The notes: generated by a model from the sequence alone, not told the origin. Counted from the first letter of the stretch, positions 8,799 to 16,582 are shown. The stretch is 60,830 nucleotides of DNA from Candidatus Moraniibacteriota bacterium (GCA_002747515.1 PDPP01000019.1:1-60830); one strand, 5' to 3'. Translations and numbers: made by a program.

Positions 8799-10550
8799 AT
8801 GGGCAAAATCAAGAAAATTATAAAAAAATTATTACAATATAAAATAATATATTTATGTTTAGTTATTTTTTTTGCCATAGGGGTGTTTTTGCGCGTGTAT
8901 CATTTTTCATCGTGGTTGCACTTTGAGTTGGATCAAGCGCGGGATGTTTTTGTGATTTATGATGCGGTGCATGGTGGGATTGATGATATGCCACTACATG
9001 GTCCGCAGGCGCGTGGGCGTGAATTGTATCTTGGTCCGATTTTTTATTATTTTCAGTATGGCAGCGCACTGCTTTTTGGTGTATCACCGGAATCAGCTGC
9101 ACTGCCTGATCTCTTGTTTTCCATTTTGGCGATGCCGCTGTTTTATGCGTTTGCCTGCTTGTTTTTTGCGCGGCCTATTTCTGTTCTGTTGACGGGTCTC
9201 GTGTCGGTCTCGCTGTTTTTGGTGGTGTATGGGCGTTTTGCGTGGAATCCCAACGCGTTGTTTTTTTGGTCACTTGTGACATTTTATGCTTTGTTGCGGG
9301 CATGGGATGGTGTGCAGTTGGACAAAAGATGGTTTGTGGGCGCAGTGGGTGCGTTGGCGGTGGTGACGCAGTTGCATTTCATCGCGTTTATCGTAGTGCC
9401 GTTGACGTTCGGTGTGTATATGATTGTTGTACGCATGAAAGTGCCGTTTCGCGCTGTGCTTGCGAGCTGTGCGGTGTGTCTAGTGTTGTATCTGCCTCTG
9501 ATTGTGCATGACATAAAGCACAGTGGACAAAACATGACCGCATTTATAGCATCGGTGACGATGAGTGAAAATGACAGTGCACAGGCACAAACGGCAAGTG
9601 ACAAAAAACACCACATGACAGAACGCTTTTTTCGCGCCGCACAAGAGACAAGTACATTTTTTGCCACAATCGTGAGTGCGGATCATCATGGACGGTATCA
9701 TATCCGGACAAAAAACGACGACGGACACATCACATTTGTGTGTGACAAAAAATGCAAAAATGCACTGCCATATCACATCGGTGCAATCGGTGCGTGTGTC
9801 TTTGTCATCGGTGTGTTTTATATCACGTGTGTGCGCATGTGGCGCCGCGGTGTCACAGCAAACGCTGATGACGTGCAAAAACGCAACCGATATACGCTTG
9901 TGTGTCTCTGGACGGGTTTTGCAGGTGTGTTTTTTGTGTTGGTCGCATATCAGATTTCACCACGGTTTTATTTGTTTGTCGCTGTGCCGTTTTTTATCAT
10001 GTGTGGTGCACTTATAGAATCTCTGTGGAAATGGAAACGCTATGGTCCGTGGGTGAGTGGTGGTATCGTCGGGTGTCTCATCATCGCCAATCTCGTGGTG
10101 TGTGCACAGTACTTTGGCGTGTTGCAACGTGCACAATATGAAGTCGTTTCGTGGCGCGACACTGCGATGAATCGGCACGACATCGTGACATTGGGGCAAC
10201 TGCGCCGCGCCGCGCCGTATATCAGCGGAGACGACATGCACAATCCATTCGTTATTGTCGGAGACAATCGCTATGCACGCGCGCTGTATTATCTCGTTCA
10301 TGTGGAAAAAGAAAATGCGCGTGCACAGTGCTACATGAAACGTGGCGGTTTTGACGTGAAAAATGTAGAAGGTATCCCATACTATCTACTCGTGCGCACA
10401 AAATCCAAAACACACGTGACCGACGACATGCGCCTGCACCACACCATCGCCAATCACACACAATTTGGCACAATTACAATATACAAAATGATGCCACATG
10501 GACCATCACCTCTACTATCTGCACAACCGACGCACTGTTTTGTGCGCTGA
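8799..10550 (+). CDS. polytopic membrane glycosyltransferase, GT-C-like (GC-rich paralogue group B)
   Basis: 583 aa. After TM1 it has HFELDQARD..HGPQARGRELYLGPIFYYFQYGSALLFG, aligned by eye along the full length with 14338..16128. GAGGAAG RBS. Visibly GC-rich coding sequence. Confidence 0.75.
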   Translation: MGKIKKIIKKLLQYKIIYLCLVIFFAIGVFLRVYHFSSWLHFELDQARDVFVIYDAVHGGIDDMPLHGPQARGRELYLGPIFYYFQYGSALLFGVSPESAALPDLLFSILAMPLFYAFACLFFARPISVLLTGLVSVSLFLVVYGRFAWNPNALFFWSLVTFYALLRAWDGVQLDKRWFVGAVGALAVVTQLHFIAFIVVPLTFGVYMIVVRMKVPFRAVLASCAVCLVLYLPLIVHDIKHSGQNMTAFIASVTMSENDSAQAQTASDKKHHMTERFFRAAQETSTFFATIVSADHHGRYHIRTKNDDGHITFVCDKKCKNALPYHIGAIGACVFVIGVFYITCVRMWRRGVTANADDVQKRNRYTLVCLWTGFAGVFFVLVAYQISPRFYLFVAVPFFIMCGALIESLWKWKRYGPWVSGGIVGCLIIANLVVCAQYFGVLQRAQYEVVSWRDTAMNRHDIVTLGQLRRAAPYISGDDMHNPFVIVGDNRYARALYYLVHVEKENARAQCYMKRGGFDVKNVEGIPYYLLVRTKSKTHVTDDMRLHHTIANHTQFGTITIYKMMPHGPSPLLSAQPTHCFVR

Positions 10551-10597
10551 TTTGCGTTTTTCACAATTATTTTCTATATTAGAGTCACTGCACAATA

Positions 10598-10712
10598 ACC
10601 GGAAGGAAGTAATTATTCTCTCATCCATGCCACGATTATAGACTTCCGGTGTAGAGGCTGTGAAAGAATGGTTCGTTCTACACAATGGAGAACAAGGATG
10701 AGAGATTTCTCA
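10598..10712 (+). promoter_or_regulatory. structured RNA leader upstream of the zinc-finger gene (class unknown)
   Basis: Three helices. accggaag (10598-10605) pairs with cttccggt (10643-10650). gtgtaga (10649-10655) pairs with tctacac (10677-10683). A perfect 10-bp long-range pairing joins tctctcatcc (10617-10626) to ggatgagaga (10696-10705). The last is topologically a pseudoknot with, or an alternative to, the first. Confidence 0.3.
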
Positions 10713-10728
10713 CAAAAAGGAGGGTAGT

Positions 10729-11109
10729 GTGAAGAAAAAAACATATGAAACTCCACAGTCGTACTTTGACAAAATTAATGACATTTCACTGACCGCAATT
10801 TTTCATATTCTTGGTATAAAAGTTGAAAACACGCGAGGTGGAAAATCAGATTTTTCTATTCACGCATATTATGTGAAATGCCCATTTCATAGAGAAAAAA
10901 CAGCATCGCTAGCTTTTTCGAGAACAAGACGATGTTTTTCTTGTCGGGGTTGCGGACAAAGTGGTACGGTTTTTGATTTTGTTAAATACACTTTAAAGGA
11001 GCAAACTCGTGGCGATTATGATAACGTCGGAGTGTACAAATGGTTCAAAAAACATTTCGGCATCCCATTGCCGTGGGAAAAACGAAATGGGAAGTTTATT
11101 TATAAGTAG
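10729..11109 (+). CDS. stand-alone CHC2 (DnaG-primase-type) zinc-finger protein
   Basis: 126 aa. The motif CPFHREKTASLAFSRTRRCFSCRGCGQSGTVFDF matches the CPFH-x-EKT-PS..C-x-GC-G CHC2 zinc-finger signature. No TOPRIM or polymerase domain follows. GTG start 4 nt after AGGAGGG. Confidence 0.8.
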   Translation: MKKKTYETPQSYFDKINDISLTAIFHILGIKVENTRGGKSDFSIHAYYVKCPFHREKTASLAFSRTRRCFSCRGCGQSGTVFDFVKYTLKEQTRGDYDNVGVYKWFKKHFGIPLPWEKRNGKFIYK

Positions 11110-11129
11110 CATTTTCTTACACACAAAAT

Positions 11130-11156
11130 CTGTAGCATAATATGTTACAGGTTTTT
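11130..11156 (+). terminator. Rho-independent terminator
   Basis: ctgtagcat (11130-11138) pairs with atgttacag (11142-11150) with one mismatch, then gttttt. Confidence 0.55.
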
Positions 11157-11220
11157 AATTTTCAAAGTAGCTTGATGCGTTTTGGAGGTTGAGTTTAAGT
11201 TGGAAAAATTGACAAAAAAA

Positions 11221-11249
11221 TTGACAAAGTAATGGTGAGATGTTACTAT
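11221..11249 (+). promoter_or_regulatory. sigma70-type promoter
   Basis: TTGACA (11221-11226), 17-nt spacer, TACTAT (11244-11249). A second aaattgacaaa copy lies 11 nt upstream. Confidence 0.5.
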
Positions 11250-11358
11250 TTATTGTCGTTTTTTAACAATGTGACAATGAAACAATGGAGCGGTGATGTG
11301 TGTGATGTTTTGTATGAAATTATAGTAAATGATTAGTGCAGAGGAGGAGGTAAATGTT

Positions 11359-11703
11359 ATGGTAGAAAAGATATTTAGAGGTGTTTTTGCCGGTATTTTT
11401 TGTGGGGTGATGGGCACAATTTTGGCAGTTGAAAAAATCCGGCAATTGTGTCGCACAAAAATTGATGATTATCGTATTTTTGATCAATACATCGAATTTT
11501 ATGCAAAAGGGAAGTGTGTTTTTACACTGAAGAAATATGACAAATATTCTATTTTCTTTGAGAAAAATATTATACGATTTTCATATTTTGGATGTGGGAA
11601 AGATTGGTATGAATTTCGTTTTTCGGAAAAATTGCAAAAATCTATCACATCTTCTTTACATCCATCATGTTCTCCATACGAAAGAGGGTCTTATGTTTTT
11701 TAG
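11359..11703 (+). CDS. hypothetical membrane-anchored protein (114 aa)
   Basis: ORF 11329..11703 trimmed to ATG 11359, which sits 8 nt after GAGGAGGAGG. N-terminal hydrophobic helix FRGVFAGIFCGVMGTILAV. A terminator follows. No motif recognised. Confidence 0.5.
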   Translation: MVEKIFRGVFAGIFCGVMGTILAVEKIRQLCRTKIDDYRIFDQYIEFYAKGKCVFTLKKYDKYSIFFEKNIIRFSYFGCGKDWYEFRFSEKLQKSITSSLHPSCSPYERGSYVF

Positions 11704-11725
11704 TAAGATGCACAACGACTCTCAC

Positions 11726-11761
11726 ACACTTCAATACTCTAGAGTATTGAAGTGTTTTTTT
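11726..11761 (+). terminator. Rho-independent terminator
   Basis: Perfect 15-nt arms acacttcaatactct / agagtattgaagtgt (11726-11755), followed by a T-run to 11761. Confidence 0.85.
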
Positions 11762-11821
11762 ATGATTGCTAAAATGGGGGAAAATCTTTACAATGAATGT
11801 GTGATTGGTAATACAAATAGT

Positions 11822-13423
11822 ATGCGTAGAATTGTAAAAGATATTGTGGCACATAAGAGATTTTATGGAGTGTTGTGTCTAGTTTTTGTGTGTGCGGCAG
11901 TGGTGCGGTTGTGGGGATTGGGCGCTGTGCCGTTTGTGGCAGATGAGTTTTTGGATGTGAATGCGACGTATGGGTATCACAAGACGGGGCAATGGCAGGC
12001 GTGGGACTTTAATCATGATGCCGTGAGTGTGCGGGACAATGCAGCGTCTGACAAGCGTGCGTGGTTGTACCGTGCGCAGGTTGCGTTTTTATATCAGTAT
12101 TTGCCACCGACTGAGACGACAGTGCGATTGGTGAGTGCGCTGTGGGGGATTGTGATGACACTGCTGTTATATGCTGTGACGCTCAGTTTGACCAAAAACC
12201 GGTGGATTGCGCTTATTGCAGCGTTTTTGTGGGCGGTGAGCGTGCCGGCGATTGAAATCAATCGCAAAGTGCGGATGTATAGCATGTTTGCACCGGTGTT
12301 TCTTTTGTTTTGGTGGAGCGTATTTCAATTTATTGAGGCGCGTAGAGACGCGATTGATCGCGTCTGTAGGAAGGCAAGAGAAAATAATACATGGAAAGAC
12401 GCGATAAATTGCGTCTCTACAATTGTGTGCTGGTGGTATCTGGTGCCAGTGGTGTGTTTTGGTGCGGTGTCGTATCATCTGCATCCATTGACGGGTAATA
12501 TTGTGCTGGTGGTTTTTGTGTACTGTGTGGTGATGGCGTGGGTCGCTCGAGAAGCGCGCATGAAAAAGCGGTATGGGATATATAGCGTTCTGATGCTCTG
12601 TGGTGCGGTGTGTGCATGGTGGTTTGTACCACATGTGTGGGTGCAATTTACGAGTGCACTGGTGTTTTTTGAAAATCATTGGAGTTATGTCGGGCATATT
12701 TTGCGCGGGTATTGGCATCCGCTCATCGGTGTGGCGCTGATTTTGCTTGGTGCGTGGCACATGACAAAGGCGAAACACAACAGGCATGCGGGCATGTGGG
12801 TAGTGAGTTCGTTTTTCACAATTCTCTGTGCGGCGATATTTTTGTGGCGGCGCAATGTCGGACCGCAGTATATTTTTTTCATACAATCATTTGGGTGTAT
12901 GTTGGCGGGCGCGGGTGTGTATGCGCTGGCGAATTTTGTGAAAAAACATGTGCCACATCGCAACGCATTTCTTTTTGCACTTCTCACTGGTGTGATTTTT
13001 GTGCCGTTTTATGGATACTTTTTTCTCGAAAACAATACCTATCACATCACATCACGTGGCGAGCAACCACATTACCGCAAAGTGTTTGATTATGTCAAAA
13101 GACACACCGAGCGCGGAGATGTAATGATCACGCGCAATTTTCGCAATTATTACTGGAGTGGGCTTGATATACCAGTCTATGACTTTGGCACGGAGCGCAG
13201 CGCACAAGAGATTCAAAAAGAAGGTAAAGTACAAAAAATCACAGTGGCACACATCGAAGGTATCGTCACCACACACCCACAGGGATGGATAGTGTTTACA
13301 GACAACGACACCGTCTTTATCACCAAAGAAGCCCGCGCATACTGTGACGCGCATTTCACAAGAATTACCGATTCCCCACTAGTGCGGGGGAAGGTGTTTG
13401 TGTATCGGTGGGATTTAGAATAG
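11822..13423 (+). CDS. polytopic membrane glycosyltransferase, GT-C fold (ArnT/PMT-like; GC-rich group C)
   Basis: ORF 11537..13423 trimmed because its 5' part overlaps the upstream gene and terminator. Candidate starts are 11762, 11774 and 11822. The first loop has AVPFVADEFLDVNATYGYHKTGQW (DE-type motif). About 11 helices and a soluble C-terminal domain. Confidence 0.72.
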   Translation: MRRIVKDIVAHKRFYGVLCLVFVCAAVVRLWGLGAVPFVADEFLDVNATYGYHKTGQWQAWDFNHDAVSVRDNAASDKRAWLYRAQVAFLYQYLPPTETTVRLVSALWGIVMTLLLYAVTLSLTKNRWIALIAAFLWAVSVPAIEINRKVRMYSMFAPVFLLFWWSVFQFIEARRDAIDRVCRKARENNTWKDAINCVSTIVCWWYLVPVVCFGAVSYHLHPLTGNIVLVVFVYCVVMAWVAREARMKKRYGIYSVLMLCGAVCAWWFVPHVWVQFTSALVFFENHWSYVGHILRGYWHPLIGVALILLGAWHMTKAKHNRHAGMWVVSSFFTILCAAIFLWRRNVGPQYIFFIQSFGCMLAGAGVYALANFVKKHVPHRNAFLFALLTGVIFVPFYGYFFLENNTYHITSRGEQPHYRKVFDYVKRHTERGDVMITRNFRNYYWSGLDIPVYDFGTERSAQEIQKEGKVQKITVAHIEGIVTTHPQGWIVFTDNDTVFITKEARAYCDAHFTRITDSPLVRGKVFVYRWDLE

Positions 13424-13457
13424 TAATTAGTAACTTGTAACTCGTAATTAGTAATTA
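13423..13457. repeat. five tandem heptamers GTAAYTN
   Basis: gtaatta gtaactt gtaactc gtaatta gtaatta, read directly. It lies between the stop of 11822..13423 and the start of the SGNH gene. Confidence 0.9.
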
Positions 13458-13467
13458 ATGTGTTTGT

Positions 13468-14076
13468 ATGAGTAAAAGAATATGTGTTTTTGGGGATAGT
13501 ATTACACGTGGTGCATTTGACTTGGAAAAGGGTGGATGGGTGAATCGCTTGAAGATGTATTTTTGGAAAAATGAGGGGGTGGGTAGTGTTTATGAAATTG
13601 GTGTAAGCGGTGATTATGCAACAGATATTATACGGCGATTTGAAATAGAACTAGATGTGATGAAAAAACAGTTTGATTGTATTATATTTGCTATTGGCTT
13701 GAATGATGTAAGTCTTGATGATGGTGGAAATAGGGAATTTACTTCAGATGAGTTTAGAAAAAATATGCATTGTATTGCGAAGCGCTCTAGTAAAAGATTT
13801 GGTGCAGGTAATGTCTTTTTTGTTGGAATAACAAATGTTGATTGTGCTATTGCAGGTCAGTGGTTTGATAATAATCGAATAAAGAAATTTGATGGAATTG
13901 TGCAGGAAGTCGCGGTACAAAATAACTGTAGATATATTTCAGTATTTGACTTATTGGATAAAGATGATTTGTGTGATGATGGATTTCATCCAAATGCAAA
14001 AGGACATGAAAAAATTTTTCAGCAAGTGAAAAAGTGTCTTGTGGAAAGTGAGGTTGTGCAGTTAGAGGCGGTGTAG
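13468..14076 (+). CDS. SGNH/GDSL-family hydrolase (esterase/acylhydrolase)
   Basis: Block I VFGDSITRG, block III GLNDV, and block V DGFHPNAKGHEKI (catalytic D-x-x-H). Confidence 0.85.
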   Translation: MSKRICVFGDSITRGAFDLEKGGWVNRLKMYFWKNEGVGSVYEIGVSGDYATDIIRRFEIELDVMKKQFDCIIFAIGLNDVSLDDGGNREFTSDEFRKNMHCIAKRSSKRFGAGNVFFVGITNVDCAIAGQWFDNNRIKKFDGIVQEVAVQNNCRYISVFDLLDKDDLCDDGFHPNAKGHEKIFQQVKKCLVESEVVQLEAV

Positions 14077-14088
14077 AGGTGTGTGGTT

Positions 14089-14258
14089 AGATCTCTCCAC
14101 TCCGCATGTGCTCCGGTCGAGATGACATAATATTTAGAATATTAGATTGCTAGATCTCTAGATGATTAGATTATTCTTGAAAAAGCCTTTTTTGGTTATG
14201 TGACACAAATGTAAAAAAATGTCATTCCGACCGGAGCGCATGCGGAGTGGAGGAATCT
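14089..14258. repeat. REPIN-like doublet: two inverted 40-nt GC-rich hairpin elements around a 90-nt AT-rich spacer
   Basis: 14089-14128 matches the reverse complement of 14219-14258 at 35/40 positions (hand alignment). Each arm keeps its own internal 5-bp stem (atctc/gagat versus attcc/ggaat). Confidence 0.85.
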
Positions 14259-14337
14259 CTCGCGTGATATGTTTCGCACGCTGTCGACAGAAATCCTCTG
14301 GAGTGGCATAATGATAGGCAGATTATTGAAAATATAG

Positions 14338-16128
14338 ATGAAATATATGTGTAACATACAATCAGTGATGAAAAATAATATTGTGTGGGTGGTGTTGGGG
14401 ATTGTTTTTGTTGGGGCGTTTTTGCGGTTGTATCATTTTGAGGATTGGATGCATTATCAATTGGATCAGGCGCGAGATTTTCGTGTGGTGCATGCGGCGA
14501 TGGAGTATGGTCCGGGGGAATTGCCGTTGCAGGGGCCGCGTGCAGCAGGGTCGTTTTTGCGACTGGGTCCACTGTTGTATTACTTGGAGTATGGGAGCGC
14601 ACTTGTGTTTGGTGATACGCCGGCAGGGAGTGTGATGATTATTGCGCTTTTGAATATTTTGTCTATTGGGATTTTTTATCTTTTTGTGCGACGGTTTTTT
14701 GATGCGTTTATATCATGTGGACTAACGGGACTCTGGGCAACGTCACTATTTTTGATTGTGTACAGTCGTTTTGGGTGGAATCCGACATTATTGCCGTTTT
14801 TTGTGCTTTTGTTTGCCTATGCGCTACTCCGCGTCAATGATCGCAATAACAAACACGCCGGATGGTGGCTTGTTACAGCGGCAATTGCTACCGCGTTTAT
14901 TGTGAATATGCATTTTGTGGCGTTTGTTACTGTGCCAATTATTGCTATTTCGTATCTTATATGGACACGGCCACGGATTGGTTTTCGATATTGGGTCATG
15001 GCGATTGTGGCATTTATTTTTCTCAATGTACCACTCATTGTCAATGATGTGAAAACTGGTGGAGAAAATTTTCAGGAATTTTTTGCCGTAGTCCACGATC
15101 GTGGTGGTAATGATGTGGAAAGTGCACACAGTATCACTGACAAAGTGATCAAAAATACTGCGATGCACGTACAGTATTTTTGGTTGATAATCACAGGAGA
15201 TCAACGTGCAGGATTGCCGACACTCACGGGAATAGATATAAAATGTGGATATGACTGTCGGCATGGTATGATACGTGGTGGTATTGCTTTACTGTTTTGT
15301 GTGGCAGGTATCGCAAGTTTCATCATATTATATCGTCGGAAAAATAATTGTGATCAACGTATGTTTTTACGTTTGGTTGGTCTATGGTCTGTAGTACTTT
15401 TTGTCGTGTATACGCCGTTGGCATATGATATTGCACCGCGGTTTTTCTTACTCAATGCGCCACTGTTTTTTGTGTTTGTGGGGTGTATTTTTGCAGTAAT
15501 TAGTACAAAATCGCAAAAATGGAGTCATATCAGTGTAGTGGTTATAATTGTTATAGCGATAGGTGCGCAGTCATTTTTTGTTGTGCAGTATTTTCACGGA
15601 TTGGCACATGCTGCAACGGATACTAAACTGGTATTATCACATCCTGATCGCATCCTCAAAGAAAAAACACGTGTGACATTTGTACAAATGGAGGACATTG
15701 TGGATTGGATGGAGCAGAAGCACCGAGAAAATCATGAACCGGTTTTTGTGCATGCACAGCCGGAGTATAAGCGGGCTTTTTGGGAGCGTGTAGATGTGCG
15801 CGATATCCCACGTGCGCATATCCCAAAAGACCTCACACCACTGTACCGGAAAGGAAATTATTTCATCATTATTCGTACGCAGTCAGATCAGTCAGATTTC
15901 TTGGAAAAGTTTCTTGTCGGACTGGACATCGTGGAGCGCAAAACATTTGGTACGCTTACGGGGTATTATCTGCGCGCACGTCCCAGCGCTGTGACAGCAG
16001 AAGAAAAAATATTTACACCAAAACACAGAGATCCACGCTTTAGCAAGGGCGTCCAACCACGCTATTTGTGGCGACAAGTTTTTGATGGGTGTACATATAA
16101 TCATCAGACAGACCTGTGTGAAAAATGA
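14338..16128 (+). CDS. polytopic membrane glycosyltransferase, GT-C-like (GC-rich paralogue group B)
   Basis: 596 aa. HYQLDQARD..QGPRAAGSFLRLGPLLYYLEYGSALVFG and the C-terminal YFIIIRTQSD..FGTLTGYYL parallel 8799..10550. Alternative start at ATG 14368. Confidence 0.75.
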   Translation: MKYMCNIQSVMKNNIVWVVLGIVFVGAFLRLYHFEDWMHYQLDQARDFRVVHAAMEYGPGELPLQGPRAAGSFLRLGPLLYYLEYGSALVFGDTPAGSVMIIALLNILSIGIFYLFVRRFFDAFISCGLTGLWATSLFLIVYSRFGWNPTLLPFFVLLFAYALLRVNDRNNKHAGWWLVTAAIATAFIVNMHFVAFVTVPIIAISYLIWTRPRIGFRYWVMAIVAFIFLNVPLIVNDVKTGGENFQEFFAVVHDRGGNDVESAHSITDKVIKNTAMHVQYFWLIITGDQRAGLPTLTGIDIKCGYDCRHGMIRGGIALLFCVAGIASFIILYRRKNNCDQRMFLRLVGLWSVVLFVVYTPLAYDIAPRFFLLNAPLFFVFVGCIFAVISTKSQKWSHISVVVIIVIAIGAQSFFVVQYFHGLAHAATDTKLVLSHPDRILKEKTRVTFVQMEDIVDWMEQKHRENHEPVFVHAQPEYKRAFWERVDVRDIPRAHIPKDLTPLYRKGNYFIIIRTQSDQSDFLEKFLVGLDIVERKTFGTLTGYYLRARPSAVTAEEKIFTPKHRDPRFSKGVQPRYLWRQVFDGCTYNHQTDLCEK

Positions 16129-16219
16129 TGATAGGTTTTGTGAGTGTTATTGTGTGCAGTAATGCTCTGATATATAATATGGATTGTAAAGTGCAAATAA
16201 CTATTAATAAAAATGTTTT

Positions 16220-16582
16220 ATGAAAAAGGAGATCATTAGCGTTTTTGCTATGATAGCATTTTTGTGTGGGTGTAGTGCAAATACTGCACAGAATGATGAT
16301 GATGCGTCGCAGACAATGTCGGATGCGAATACGGTGCTGTACTATTGTGGTGATCAAGAATTGAAAGCGGAGTTTGATGCTGAGGGAGAGACTGTAGAAT
16401 TGTTTTTCACGGGGAAAAAACATGAGCCGATTGTGCTGAATTCTGTTGTGAGTGCGTCAGGTGCAAAATATTCTGATGGCACAATTATCTTTTGGGAACA
16501 TCAGGGCGAGGCATATCTGCAGCTTGATGGCGAGGAAAGCAAAAGTGCAACATGTACGATAAAAAATGGAGAAGAAATGTAA
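16220..16582 (+). CDS. MliC-family lipoprotein (putative inhibitor of c-type lysozyme)
   Basis: 120 aa. Lipobox-like AFLCGC signal end. Y-x-C..ELKAEF..VVSASGAKYSDG..FWEHQGEAYL..ATC matches the MliC pattern as I recall it (SxSGxxY and a conserved Cys pair). Confidence 0.7.
   Translation: MKKEIISVFAMIAFLCGCSANTAQNDDDASQTMSDANTVLYYCGDQELKAEFDAEGETVELFFTGKKHEPIVLNSVVSASGAKYSDGTIIFWEHQGEAYLQLDGEESKSATCTIKNGEEM

Noticed and set aside
8863-16423. Dozens of 60-240-aa ORFs in the track on both strands and in alternative frames, for example 12167..12886 (-) at 239 aa, 7684..8364 (+) and 14222..14602 (-).
   Set aside because: All lie wholly inside, or antisense to, strongly supported GT-C genes. Their translations are low-complexity (H/T/P/R/C-rich). 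They are the expected by-product of stop-codon depletion in GC/GT-rich sequence.
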